A program made the translations under genes and the position numbers. DNA of 64,000 nucleotides from Eledone cirrhosa (lineage: Eukaryota), in contig OZ024742.1 of the NCBI GenBank assembly GCA_964016885.1, positions 276,396,001-276,460,000 on the forward strand. The letters run 5' to 3'. How positions within the stretch are numbered: the stretch's first letter is position 1; each line of letters opens with the position of its first letter. The notes under the pieces are model-generated. The model saw only the letters and a program-made list of their open reading frames with translations, made no database searches and had not been told where the DNA came from. Positions 50,576 through 63,620 of the stretch are shown here, one piece after another.

Positions 50576-50624
50576 ACAGTTCGTGGTGCAATTATTAACG
50601 GCACGGGACCAGCTAGTATTAAGG

Positions 50625-50853
50625 GAAGTGGATTGGCAGTATCGGTAGCGCGTTAGACACAATGCTTTGCAGCATAGTTATGGCCCTTTACATTCTGAGT
50701 TCAAATCCCGCCGAGGTTAACTTTGCCTTTCATCCTTATGGGGTTGATAAAATAATGCACTGGGATATTTGCTGGCCTTGTGCCAAAAGTAGAAACAATT
50801 ATTATGCACTGGGATAATTGCTGGCCTTGTGCCAAATATAGAAACAATTATTA
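50625..50853 (+). mobile_element. tRNA-derived SINE with duplicated 3' end
   Basis: 8055-type SINE; the terminal ~50 bp is tandemly repeated. Confidence 0.75.
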
Positions 50854-52321
50854 TAAACAATAATAAACAAATAATATTAGAGTTCAAAGGGAGGTAACTC
50901 AGATATCACAGCATAAAACTTTCTTGGGAATCATCGAGCTGAAATGAAAAAAATTATCAACAAACAGGTTGTAGAATGTCTTGCTGCATTCCAATCTTGA
51001 TGAACAGGGTCAGAGATTCCATCAAGACATAACATTCTGAATACGACGGGAGATTTCTGTTGACACAAAAACAAATGCCTGAAACATTATTCATAAATAT
51101 AATAAAAACAAAATACAATCATTGAAAAATATTTATCTAAATTGCAGTCATAATTTTAATAATAAAGAGTATATTAGTTGCTTGAATAAATTTTCATGTA
51201 TGGTTTAAAAGTATTTACTGTAGGTGTATAAAACCTTATGTTTTGAAAACACAATGTGATGTCTAAAATTTGAGATCAGGAGCCAACTTTTAGTTAAACG
51301 AAGAAAAATAGCGGCAGATCAAAATTATTTTTTGTTGTACAGTGTAATCATTGAGTCATGAATGTACGTTCTGCAACTAATCTATCGCAGGCTATTAAAA
51401 AATGCTTCCAGTAACTAATAACATTGATTCCTTACAATGGCTCAAGGCCACGCTTTTATGGAGGAGTAAGTTTTCTAGTATAATTCCTTTCAGATCTAGG
51501 TTGCATTGTAGAAATCGAAATGATTAATTACCGCTTCTGGAAAGATGGATGTTATTTCGTTTTTAGTATACAACAATCGCCGTACATAATAAAATGAAAA
51601 GAAATGGTGTCTGATAGATCAGTTGTACATGTAAATTCCGAATAATTTATTTGTAAAAGAAGAGGAAACATCGTAATATCCATGGATATCTTTTCCACAT
51701 ATCCACAGGAATTTTGTATATGTAATTTTTTTTTATAGTTAAAGCATACAGTTTTTTTTTATTCACAGTTGTATAAAAATATAATAATATAATGCTTACA
51801 GAACGAAAACGCAAATACATGATATATACAAAAGGGATTAAAAAAACCGTGAAAAAATGAAAAAAGTGGAGGGCAAGTCACCACCAAGTGTGACAATCGG
51901 CCGCACATCATAATTCAAAATGATTTATGAGTAAAAGAAAATGTTTGAAATTAGATTTTGTTTCAAAATAATTAAAGGAAGTGCGAAAGAATATTATTCT
52001 AATTACATGAATATAAACTTAAATTACTGAGAGGAGATGGCCGTCTAGTTAAAGCAAAAAAAAATCAAAAAACGCCGAAGGATGACTCGCAACTTTAATA
52101 TCGGTACGATTTGAACTCAGAACATAAAAGGTTGTAACGAAATGTTGCAGGCATTTTTGCTCCACGTTCTATCCATTCGTGTCAGTTGAATCAACTTCCA
52201 GAATATTACTAATAAATATTTTATCAACTATCAGATGTTTGAAAGGCAAAATTTGAACTCAGAACATTATGTATCGTATGGCATTTGTCCAGCTGACTCT
52301 ATCTCTCCTTGTGCAATATTA

Positions 52322-52762
52322 ATGGTTTCTGATTTAGGCACAAACCCAGCAATTTGGGGGCGGGGAAAGTCGATTAAATCGACCCAAGTGCGTTACTAGT
52401 ACTTTATTTGATCTACCCCATAAAGATGAAAGGCAAAGCTAACCTCGGCGGCTTTGGAACTCAGAACGTAAAGGGCCATAACTCCACGTCACAAAGCATG
52501 TCCGACGCTTTAACGATACTGCCAATCCACCCGCCCTTATGCACTAATAATTGTTTCTGATTTAGGCACAAGGCCACCACTATTGCGGAAGGAGAAAGTC
52601 GATTAAATCGACCCTAGTACGTTACTGGTACTTTATTTTGTCGACCTCATAAGGATGAAAGACAAAGCTAACCTCGTCAGGATTTGAATTCAGAAAGTAA
52701 AGGGAGTTAACTTTATGCGATGAAGCATGGTGTCCGATACTCTACCAATCTACCGCCTTTAT
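52322..52762 (-). mobile_element. Tandem pair of tRNA-derived SINEs
   Basis: Two head-to-tail copies (about 52322-52540 and 52548-52762) of the 8055-type SINE. Confidence 0.8.
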
Positions 52763-53039
52763 GCATTAATAATAAGAATGTGTAGCGATACTCATGCAAC
52801 CAGTTCAAGGATTGACATTCACCACTCGTCACGGGTTTATTGATCAGAGAGCAGTACTTCTCGGCCATGCATTGACTATATAAACAGAACTAATAGTTCA
52901 CCGTTATCAATAGTCAACTGTGTGTAACAGGCAGTAAGCAGACCAGTGTGACACCTGACTGTGAGGTTTCATCTGATAATATATATATATATATGAATCA
53001 CTATTTCCTTACGGACAATTGACGCTGCACACCAGGTCC

Positions 53040-53680
53040 GAACACAGAAGAGCCGAACTCCCACTGTCATTGCATCCATCTCTCTCGCCCTCCCCATCTC
53101 TCTGTATTATGAGCAAATGGGGTCCCACGTGCTGGCTGTCCCACGGCAACAGCGGATAGAATGGAGAAGGCGTTTCCCCGGAGGATGGTGGGGGATATAC
53201 GCTGGAAGAGCCATTCCATCTCGCGAGACTCACACCTGCGGCTAGCCAGCTCAGATCCTATGGTGGTAAGTAGGGAAGTAGCCCTAGGGCCAAAGACACC
53301 AGAAGTCTCCACTGCTAGGGGCTCGACTGCAAACCTGTCGGAGAGCAACCGATACTTAGAGAGTTTACCCTCCTGAGCCCGAAGTGCAGCAGAACCTGGT
53401 TTAGTCGCAGACTCCACCAGGTTGCAGCTGGAGAATGTGTCGCTGCAAGTGACATCACAGACGAGGGGTTTACCACCGCGGAACAGGAAGATGATCATAC
53501 CGTCTGGCCTTTTGCCGTCTCCTCGGTCCAGTCCCACCGGCTCGAGCTGGGAGGGGAAGCCTGCAGCATCCAAACCATGCTTTATGACCTCATTGAGGGC
53601 AGCATGGCGTGGAAGGCGGCAAGCACTGTAGCGACAAGAAAGCGGGTATAGGCCGAAAGAGTCCACGATGGATCCGCGTT
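53040..53680 (-). mobile_element. CRE-clade retrotransposon 3' end (Zn knuckle and restriction-like endonuclease)
   Basis: 'RH..LNEVI', 'KRPDG', 'DVTCSDT', 'K..KY', 'PLAVETSGVFGP' and 'LFQRIS..ILRGNA'. Confidence 0.82.
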
Positions 53681-54180
53681 GTTATCTCTTTTCTACACAC
53701 TTTAGTGGAATCGGTTGTTTTCTACACCTGATTCAGCTAATCTTAATACTCTTCCCTTGAACAACATCAATTTGTCTTTTTCTGACATTCCAAGTGCATT
53801 CATATACACAACACTACCTCTACAACTCATGTTAACTCAAAGAGTAGAACCCGCCGTTTTCATTTCCGCGAACTTTATCTTTCTTTTCAGTTTCGCAAAT
53901 ATCAATAACACTCAAACAAGAATAATTTTAAACGAAAAGCCATAGTTAATATTTTTACACATAACAAGAATTTTTGTCCGACCACCTTTACGCTTATATT
54001 TGTAATTTACAAAAAATCCAACTACTTTTATATTATAGAACAAGAAATTAATGAAATAAATAAACAATTACAGAACACGTGTCCTTGTCAAGCTGAAATT
54101 TAAATGCCCAGAGGAAAACATCATCTAAATGGAAGGCTAATAAATTACTTGTGTCAAACCCCAGGGAAACTAAAACCTTT

Positions 54181-54242
54181 TGTCAGTCGAAACTGTTTCG
54201 ACTGACAGACAATAACTATCAAGAAAAACCGGAAGTCACGTG
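54181..54242 (+). promoter_or_regulatory. Candidate promoter of the metallophosphoesterase gene: palindrome plus ETS site plus E-box
   Basis: TGTCAGTCGAAAC-T-GTTTCGACTGACA (54181-54207) and CCGGAAGT (54229-54236) abutting CACGTG (54237-54242), about 80 bp upstream of a strong donor AG/GTAAGA. Confidence 0.55.
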
Positions 54243-54244
54243 GT

Positions 54245-54324
54245 TATTTCAGAATTTTTCACGAACCAATATTTTGTTCAGCAAAGAATTGGTGATACAT
54301 TTAATTAGAAACATGTGTAATTAG
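54245..54324 (+). other. Probable non-coding first exon of the metallophosphoesterase gene
   Basis: Follows the promoter motifs and ends at GTAAGA (54325). The first coding exon begins with an acceptor, so an upstream exon is expected. Start position is approximate. Confidence 0.45.
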
Positions 54325-56019
54325 GTAAGAAGTTAACATTTATTTAAGCAAAACCGTTCTGTGTCATTATCTTAAATTATTTTTGTTTCTAATTACCGCC
54401 ACTCATCAATTTACAAATAACAGCAGGTGTTTAAATATTTTCTTCATGTCTTCATCCAAGTGAATTATACAATCGCACTTTAAGAAACATAGAAATTAAA
54501 TTACATGTCTAATTATCTATTTTGAAGTCTAAATATGAATTTCGGATTCAGGATCAATATTACTAATACAAATGGTTAAAATTACGGTTATCTATTACTG
54601 CTATTATTAAATTTGTCCTTGTCATTTCATTTATTTCGATAAAGTAAAAAAAAAAAATCTATTATATTCAGTTCACTTGTCATAATTATATTCACCTCAT
54701 CATTAATTTTTTAATATAAAAAGAATGAAATGTAGGTTAAATGGTTTCAAAAATGTAGTTGTTTGGGTCTAAACAAGGCTTGATTCACCAAACATACGAA
54801 CTAAGCATTCTAGCCCTGGCACCCCATGTTTTAGGTATATTTCACCTAGGGCTACATCATCTAACGTGTCTTTTCTTTTTTTTAAGATGGGAGGGCATCA
54901 GTTAATTGTAATTTGGCTACTTTTTCTAGTCGTGTGCGCGACTACCTAAAATAATAAATGCGAAATTCTATGCATGTGCCTGTATGGCTTCGGCAAATAT
55001 GTATTGTACATAAATATGAAAGTAAATATAGTGAATAAATCAAATATGTTGTATGTTATAATGCTTTTTAATTATAAGCGATTCTAATTATATTATAAGC
55101 TATTTAATTATACGCACTCCTAGAATAGAGTCGATTTAAAAAGAAATTGCTTTATTCGAAAATCGGAACGGGTTTGAATGTCGTCGAAGATGTTGGGCAA
55201 GGCTGTTTCAACCATGCCTCTGCTTATTACATCTTTGCTCAATTACTCTGCTTATTACATCTTTTCTCAATTAAGTTGGTGGAGATGGGCAATTATTTTG
55301 TAAATAAAAGTCGCTTTATTAAATGAAATAAACCGCAAATACGAAATATGTTGGTGCGAGTTTATTATTTGCATGCCAACATTAGTTTTCCCTTTACATA
55401 CATTTATATACATTGATACATTACGAAACACACGCATACACATACTAGCAGAAAGCCGCCGCGGGATACGGTGTTTCTGATAATATGTAATATTCTGTGG
55501 TAAATAAATAATTCTTAGTAAAATTTTTCAATATAAAATCCATCCCATTGCACTGTTTCACAACGACAGCACTTTCAAGTTATAAAGCGTTAAGTACCTC
55601 TAATCTTTATTTAGAATTCGCATCTTTATCAATTTGAGCAATGATGTAAATATACCAATTTTGCAAGGCCTCTTGTCAGTGCCAGCCCAGATGAAATAAA
55701 TTATTCTATTGTAGTTATCTAATCAATAAACATGCTATGATCATGTTAATACACTCATCAAGCAAAATAAATAAGCACATATTTAGGGCATCAAGGGATG
55801 AAAGGCACCATTTTATTCAAATGAGTTGTATTTGGCTTCTTCATTCCTAATAATTATAGACTTTATATATGGGGACACACACACCAAAATCTTTTGAGTA
55901 CATAAGGAAGGTTTTAAAAAAATTTACTCCAGCCCTGATGCTGCTAAAGCTTTGGAAAATCATTGGAGATTATTTTCCCAACAATTCAGTATTTTCATTA
56001 TTTCAATTTTTTTAAATCA

Positions 56020-58020
56020 TTTTAAGGCGCCTTGGATCCTCACGTCTGAGGCCTCTTTTTTCGGCTAGCCTGGCCACTCTCAGGAAGAAAAAGGGTGGCA
56101 TACGCCCCATCGCTGTGGGCAATGTCTTCCGGAGGCTGGCTGCTAAGGTGGTCTGCAGGTCGATAACACCTGAACTGGGTGAGGAGTTCAGTCCGGTGCA
56201 ATTGGTGTTGGCGTGTCCGGTGGCTGTGAGGGAGCCGCACATGCAACCAGGCAGTTCTTCAATAGCTGCCCACCGGAACTGGCATCCAGGGACTCCCGGC
56301 ACCTCATTGTCAATCTTGACATGATGAATGCCTTTAATTGCATACGCTGGGACCATCTGCTCGATGCCTGCCTCAGCTGAGCCCCCTCCGCCTACCCACT
56401 GGCCTACTTGTCATATGGAGCCCCAAGCATGCTCCTTGCTGCTGATACGGTCATACCTTCGGCCACTGGGGTCCAACAGGGCGACCCTTTGGGCCCCTCC
56501 TGTTTGCCCTTGGTATAGACCACATTGGCCGGAGTATCATGGCCCCTCTCAACGTTTAGTACCTGGACGATGCTACGCTGGGCGGGCTCATGCAGACTGT
56601 CTGCCATGACTTTCAATCGGTGGTTCCTGCCCTGGCAGGAATTGGCCTCCAGTGCAAGTCGGAGGTGGTGAATGTGGCCATGATGCTGAGAGCTTTGCAG
56701 CCTCCGTTTCCGACGTGCAGTCCATTCTCCACCAGGTACAAGTGTTCCCCAAAGAAGATGTCCTCATCCTCGGGTCACTGATCCATCTGCTCCACCATCA
56801 GGTCTAGGCTGCAACAACTCCAGACCCTCACGAGCCGACTGGGCTTGATCGACGGCCACCCAGCTCTCTTCCTGTTGAGGAACTGATTCGCCATGCCGAA
56901 GCTCCTCTACACCCTTCACAGCGCTCCGTGCTACAGCCATGCATCTCTCCTCGCTGACCTCGATACTTGTAACCGAGTGGCAGCTAAGGAGATATGCTAC
57001 GTCAGGTTTGACGACATTAGATGGCAACAGGCCACTTTACCTGTCAGATATGGCGGACTTGGCCTCCGGTCCCCGATCTCGCTGGCTTTGCCGGCGTTTC
57101 TTTCATCGGTAACCTCATGCCGCATCCTCGTCAGTAGGGTTCTCCAAAACAATAGAACCCTCTGTGTTCAGGGAACGTGAGGTCGCCTGTGAGATGTGGG
57201 ACTTTGCCCAGTAGACGTCCCTCCTCTTTCTCCCCCTGCTGACGTCAAGTCCCCCCAAACTGTATGGGATGCCATCCAGTGCAGCCTGGCCTCAGACAGG
57301 CTCACGCGCCAGCTCCACCAGCTCTGTCTTGCCTGTTTTCGCGTGGCCTCCAAATGCCACAGTGGTGTCTAGCTCCATGCCTTTCCCCTTTCTCCACTGG
57401 CATGCAGCTGGATAACGATAGCCTGCGCATCAGTGTTTCCTTGAGGCTTAGACTCCGGATCTGCAATCCACATAAATGTCGCTGTGGCTCCACCTGCTTT
57501 CCTGTCGCCACAGTGCCATCTGCCTTCCACGCCATGCTGCCCTCAACGAGGTCATTAAGCATGGGTTTGACGCTGCAGGCTTCTCCCAGCTTGAGCCGAT
57601 GGGGATGGCAAAAGGTCAGACGGTATGACCATCTTCCCGTTCCGCAGTGACAAACCCCTCGTCTGGCATGCTACTTACAGCGACACTTTCTCCTGGTGCA
57701 GTCTGCAACTAACCAAGGTACTGCTGTACATTGGGCTGAGGAGGCCAAACTCTCCAAGTACTGTCACTCTCTGACAGGTTCGCGGTCATGCCCTTGGCAG
57801 TGGAGACTTCTGGTGTCCTTGGCTCTAGGGTTCCCTCCCTATTCACCACCATAGGCACTGAGTTGGCCAGCCGCAGGTGTGAGCCTTGCAAGTTGGAATG
57901 GCTCTTCCAGCGCATCTCCCTTACCATCCTCCGGGGAAACGCCGTCTCCATCCTGTCCACCAGGGCTGTGGGGAACCCAGCACGTGGATCCCATTTGCTC
58001 ACCATACGGATTAATAGGCA
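56020..58020 (+). mobile_element. CRE-clade non-LTR retrotransposon (RT plus RLE), frameshifted
   Basis: 'RPIAVGNVFRRLAAK', 'PVQLGVGVSGGCE', 'LDMMNAFN', 'GVQQGDPLGP', 'YLDDATL', 'QATLPVRYGGLGLR' and 'PLAVETSG...LFQRISLTILRGNA'. Confidence 0.85.
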
Positions 58021-60226
58021 AAGTTATAAACTATTGTAAATAAACCTCATCATTAGACCTGGAAGAAAAAGAAAAAAAAATACAAACGAATAGGCTATGT
58101 AGCCAGTAAACCATAAAGGGACGCCACACACATCACTATAGAGTCTCACCAGCCCCTTCCTTCTGTTGTCTGTATCTGTAGATGTGTGTGTATGTAACCA
58201 AAGCATAGCATACGTTACAAATGGACAACTAAATGATTTTAACTTGTTTTTTTAACAATTGATGATGGAAAAGATTTCAAATTATCTTAACTCGAGTTGC
58301 AACTTATAGTGTCTGACACTCTTACTGGCTACATAGCATGTTCCTTTTTTAAATGTCTGAAATGTAATATGCCAGACATTCAGTTACATCTCTTTATGTT
58401 CTCAGTACCCCTTAAACACAAACAGCACACAATTAGAGCTTTTGTGTTTGCTCCACATGCTAAGCCCCACTCACTAAAGATCTCTCATATCGAATGCACA
58501 TCCTAATTCAGAGCTAAAAATTACTTAGGCCCTTAACAACTTTTAATCCTTTACAAAGATCAGATAATACCCACAATAAAGTACTGCTCCCACATCAAGG
58601 ACAGTGCTGCTGCTACACACACAAACATCCTAGATTGCATCCAGAGGGTTATTTGTCTGATTAATATCAAATTATTGACAGATATGCTACAGCCTCTGGC
58701 CTTCAGATGTCTCCTCTCTGTGCCTTTTCTATCTCTACTACAATGGCTTCTGATCCACATACAACCTTCACTCAGACACCTCTCCTTCTCTCATCACCTA
58801 TATTGTATCTAACTTCCCAGTCATCACACTAATCATTATGCCAAGTCATTCCTCTACAAAATGTTGTCCCTCATGCAGGAGTTGATCAGCAACAATTTGA
58901 ACTGAACATAAAAAGCATCAATCTCATCTGTCATGGGCTCAGCTTCTTCCTTCAGACCTAGCAAAGAAATAAACACAAAAAGACTTGTAAATCATTAATT
59001 GAACTGTATGTGTGAGCAAAAATGTTTGATATTACATGTGCATCTACTCTGCACAATATATATATTTACATGCATATGTGCATATACATATTGTCTGTTA
59101 ATGAAATAACTTTTCATATGCAGAGTAAAAATATGTTCCAAAGTAGTGAAAGAGAGAGAGATTAAAAAATGGGAAAGAGAAATGCATAAAAATAAATGTA
59201 GATAGCGTTTGTGACAACATAACAGCAGCACCTTTGAGCAACAGAGACAGAATGTGTTAGTCTAGAGGTAAGTATGCAAAAGAAGGAGAGATAAAAGAGA
59301 GAAATAGATATCCATAGAGAGAGCAAATGATAAAAAAAGGGAGAAATAAAACAAATGGAATCTAAATTGAGGCGGCTGGTGGGGAACAAGCAATTGTTAC
59401 ATTAAAATGAAAGAGGAGGAGAAACAGACAGATACACAAAGTTTTAGAAATGTTATATATTACAGCTTGCATACACTTAGTTTATATATTATTCATGGTG
59501 TTTCCCTCAATGAGTTCACTGTGCTGGAGGAATTTAATTCATTTCTTGCATCATTAAGTGCATAGGGACTGCCTCAGATAATTCAACTTGTGTTGCCTTG
59601 ATGCAATTAGAACTTGGATGTAAAACTTAAAATTATGTATTATCGTTTAACATCTGTTTTCACTGATAGCAAGGGTTGGGCAGATCATCAGCAGACTGGG
59701 TTGGTACTAAAATTGGAGGTACTGACCCCTCAGTGAGCCATGAACCTGCACCATGCTTACGTTCTCGCACCCTACTGAGTGCTCAAACGGGCCGGTGGCC
59801 TGCAACTCAGATATGATCCTGCGCACTACCAAATGCATTTTATGGTGACACCAGCACTAGAGAGGTTGACATGGAAAATAGATGTTAAATAGTAATGATG
59901 ATATTCTTGCTAACAAGGAAAGCAAACATTAAATGATGTTGATATACATTTATATATATATACACACACACTCACTGACATATATGTATATATATATATA
60001 TAAACACACACATACATATATGATATTTACATTGCTGTAATATCTCTCAGGCCAATCATTAGTAGCCCCTAGTTGGTGCAATGAATTCAAAACTCAATTT
60101 AAACTTCACTTCAATGTCGTTATGACCCATAAGAGTAAATAAACAGCATTAGTTTTGAGAAAATCCATGAGAAGCATTATGTGAATAATTTTTTCTTTTT
60201 TGTAATTTGCAGCATGACTGGAACAA

Positions 60227-60384
60227 ATGGGTATTAAGGGGCCAAACATTGTTTTTCGCCTCATTAAAAGAATTACAAGCAAAAGTTTTTTGTTTCTATC
60301 TGGTTTACTATTATTAATTAGTAATGAATATATTCTACATTTTGCCCACTACCTCCAGTGGCCACCTGTCCCTGTGGAAACAAG
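60227..60384 (+). CDS. MPPE1/PGAP5/Cdc1-like metallophosphoesterase, first coding exon
   Basis: Acceptor 'tttgcAG' at 60211-60212, in-frame TGA upstream of the ATG, 'MGIKGPNIVFRLIKRITSKSFLFLSGLLLLISNEYILHFAHYLQWPPVPVETR' (TM segment and NEY..WP), donor GTAATG. Confidence 0.85.
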
Positions 60385-60731
60385 GTAATGATATTTTCCA
60401 TCTCTAATATTTCTATTTTATGTCATACAGTTAATGTTAACATCATAATCCTCTATCTATATATAATGAATACCATAGGCTAAGCTGTAAGCTCCTAGTG
60501 ACTTGGTTTTATTTCATGGCTGTAACTTATTTGATCCACTTAAGTCATTAATGCTTGAGAAGGGCCTAAAATTATGCACTCTAATTTAAGATTTCTCCTA
60601 TACATCAATTTTTAGTCAAGTTGCCTACAAAAATTGGCTTTGTGCCAAGTCAAATGAAATTATTATTAATTATGGCAAATAATTGAAAAAATAGCAGAGT
60701 GCCAAACTAGTATTAGTGTCATTTCTTTTAA

Positions 60732-60924
60732 ACCTTTAGCATTTACTATTGTATTTTCACAGTAAAGGTTTTACCTGACATGATATCGAATCTATGAGAT
60801 TTTGATATTATTTATTTTGAGAACAATACCTTTACATTATTTTGAGTGGCCAGTTACAACTGGTTTGAACAGAAAAGGGTGAGAGAATTCTGGCCAGATA
60901 CGGCTGGTTTAAATGCTAAAGGGC
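60732..60924 (-). mobile_element. piggyBac-type MITE family A (intronic)
   Basis: Inverted copy with family A TIRs. Confidence 0.8.
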
Positions 60925-61642
60925 TAAATGTAAGATAAAATATTGACTGGGTTGTTTGTCTTTGCTTTCATCACTTCAGTATTATTAAAATATGCACTAC
61001 TATAGCCAACTAAAATTTGACTTTATGGCTTGTTAAAATAAATTATTAGATGCAATGGTGGTAGTATAGTTAAATGGATTCATAATGCTCAAAGGAAGAC
61101 AGAACAAATATCTTCAAGAATATGTATAATTTGCTTTGTGTACTCAGATATATTTTTACAAAATTTTAAATAATACCTTCCATTTCATAGTGTACAATCT
61201 CTAATATGCTTCATCTCAAAAGGGTTAATATCTTTATTTTTTACTCAGTAAGCACAATATTTGCTTCATAATAAATCTTTTAATATTCATTTATTTATTC
61301 TAGATTAGAAGTGTTGAAGGGATGTGTAACAAGTCTCATTGACTTAATGGATATGGTGGTAATTTGAGTTGAAACATTGTCCCTAATATTTTGGTGTGTC
61401 ATTTTTACATCAGATTATATTATTCAATTTATTTGACACAAAGTTCCAAATCTTGTTTATTGGCATGTGTCATAAACCTTAGTAATTTAGCAACTATACA
61501 AAGCATGACACTAGAATACCTGGTCAGCATTGTTTTGACCTAATAATTTTCTCAACCAAGCATGTGTCTGATAAATTTCGATATTAACAATGGAGTGTTC
61601 ATTGAACTGGCTAAAATAATGATTTTTTTTTATGTTGCTTAA

Positions 61643-61822
61643 CCCTTTAGCAATGACATTACTCTATATTTACTATTATATTTTCATAATCTATACGATT
61701 TTGATATTATTTATTTTGAGAACAAGACCTTAACATCAGTATGAGCAGCTAGTTACAGCTGGTTTGAATAGAAAGAGGTGAGAGAATTATGGTCGCATAT
61801 GGCTGGTTTAAATGCTAAAGGG
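61643..61822 (-). mobile_element. piggyBac-type MITE family A (intronic)
   Basis: Inverted copy with TTAA at the left flank. Confidence 0.8.
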
Positions 61823-62042
61823 ATATATTCAAGGCCAAATTTTTCTGGAGTGAAGTATGGTTAATTATTTTAATCAATCTTACTGTATATAGTTGAATAT
61901 AATCTCCCTCCCATTTTATGCTTGAGAAATGGGAAAAATCCAAACCCTGTGTATAAGCTGAGGCAACTAGTCAACACATTGTTTAGGTGTTTTGAAATTA
62001 TTATGAGTGGAAAATATATTTATGAAGTTTTAATATTTTGAT

Positions 62043-62242
62043 ATTTAAACCAGATGTATCCGGCCAGAATTCTCTCACCTCTTTCTGTTCAAACCGGCTG
62101 GAACTGGCCACTCATATTGATGTTAAGGTATTGTTCTCGAAATAAATAACATCAAAACCTCAGATTCGATATTATGTGAGATAAAGCCTTTACCACAAAA
62201 ATACAATAGTATATATAGAATAATGTAAATGCTAAAGGGTTA
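62043..62242 (+). mobile_element. piggyBac-type MITE family A (intronic)
   Basis: Right TIR followed by TTAA. Confidence 0.8.
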
Positions 62243-62884
62243 AAGTGTTTTAAATGTAGAGTATAGTTTTTGTTTCACAACTCTTTTACATAATGATTTT
62301 TTTTTACCAATTCCAACTGTTTTGAAAACATAAAAATCACTAGGAAAAACAAATTTCCTTTCCAAAGTGAAAATATTTTAGCACCCTATTTTCGCCGAAT
62401 TTGAAGTTGGTGAAAATTGGCAAAATAGGCAAAATATCGACCTCAAATATATGCCAACCTCCTCCCCATCAAATTTTTTTTGTAGCTTATATGTATCTTT
62501 ATGTATCTTATATAGGAGTGTATGCTGTAACTCTTAACATCCTGTAATGATTAAGCAGAAAATATCTAAAAATGAATTTATTAATACAAATTTTTGTAGT
62601 ATCTTTATTAGTGGACAGATTGTTGTGAAATTTTTCAGTAAAAAAGTAAAGATTTTAAATTTTAATGTGATGCGTCATAGTGCTGTTTTGTATTTTTCAA
62701 GAATGTCTTACTAACATGGTTTTATGCTGTACAGGATGTTGAGAGTTAAAGGAATGAAAAGTGAGATTGAATCTAACTAGATTTGAATATAGAAATATAA
62801 GATATGAAAACATAATATATAGTATCTTGTCCAATACTTTATCATTTACAATAAATTCCTTGCTATCATATTGTGTAGAAACAG

Positions 62885-63045
62885 ATTTAAACTGACCGTA
62901 TGCAGCCAGAATTCTCTCACTTCTTTCTCTTCAAACTGACTGTAACTGGTTGCTCATATTTATGTTAAAGTATTGTTCTCAAAACAAATAATATCAAAAT
63001 CTCATAGATTTGATATGTGAGATAAGGTGTTTAACCATGAAAATA
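62885..63045 (+). mobile_element. piggyBac-type MITE family A, partial (intronic)
   Basis: Family body without intact termini. Confidence 0.7.
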
Positions 63046-63118
63046 TTAATCTAGAAATTTAATCCATGTTGATATTACTCAAAATTCTCTATCTTCTTTT
63101 TTTTATCTTCTCATTTAG

Positions 63119-63226
63119 ACATGATGGGGACATGGTGCTCCTTCTTGTTTCAGACCCACAAATACAAGGTTACCAAAGAGAGCCACCTTTCCCAATGGGA
63201 TATTTTTCACGGTGGGATGCAGACAG
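63119..63226 (+). CDS. MPPE1-like metallophosphoesterase, coding exon 2
   Basis: AG/GT boundaries and matching phases; 'HDGDMVLLLVSDPQIQGYQREPPFPMGYFSRWDADR' carries the first metal-binding motif (DPQ). Confidence 0.88.
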
Positions 63227-63620
63227 GTTTGTATAAATATATATATATCCAACCCATACTAATATACAAACATCAATACATCCTGTAAGGTGGTCGTACT
63301 AGTACCATGACAATAAACACTCAGTGCATCCTGTAAGGTGGTAGTGTTGGTGCTACAAAAAAAGACCTTTATACATGCTGTAAAATGGTTGGCAGAAGGG
63401 TATCCTGCTGTAGAAAACCAAGCCAAAAACAGAATGTATGAGCAAGACATGGCCACTTGACCTGTCTAGCCTCAACATGATAGCCTGGCATATAGAAAAA
63501 TAGATGTTAAATGGTTATGATGATGATAAAAAAAGTCTACATTTATAAATCTCTATTGCAAATAGAAGCTTTGTTCTGTTACATTAAAAAATGAATTTTA
63601 TTTTTCATTTTTTTCTCCAG

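Noticed and set aside
52781-52970. Possible solo LTR (TG...CA with AATAAA on the minus strand)
   Set aside because: No clear TSD, second copy or internal region supports it.
55440-55475. Possible Helitron 3' end (GC-rich hairpin plus CTAG)
   Set aside because: Too short and no matching 5' end was identified.
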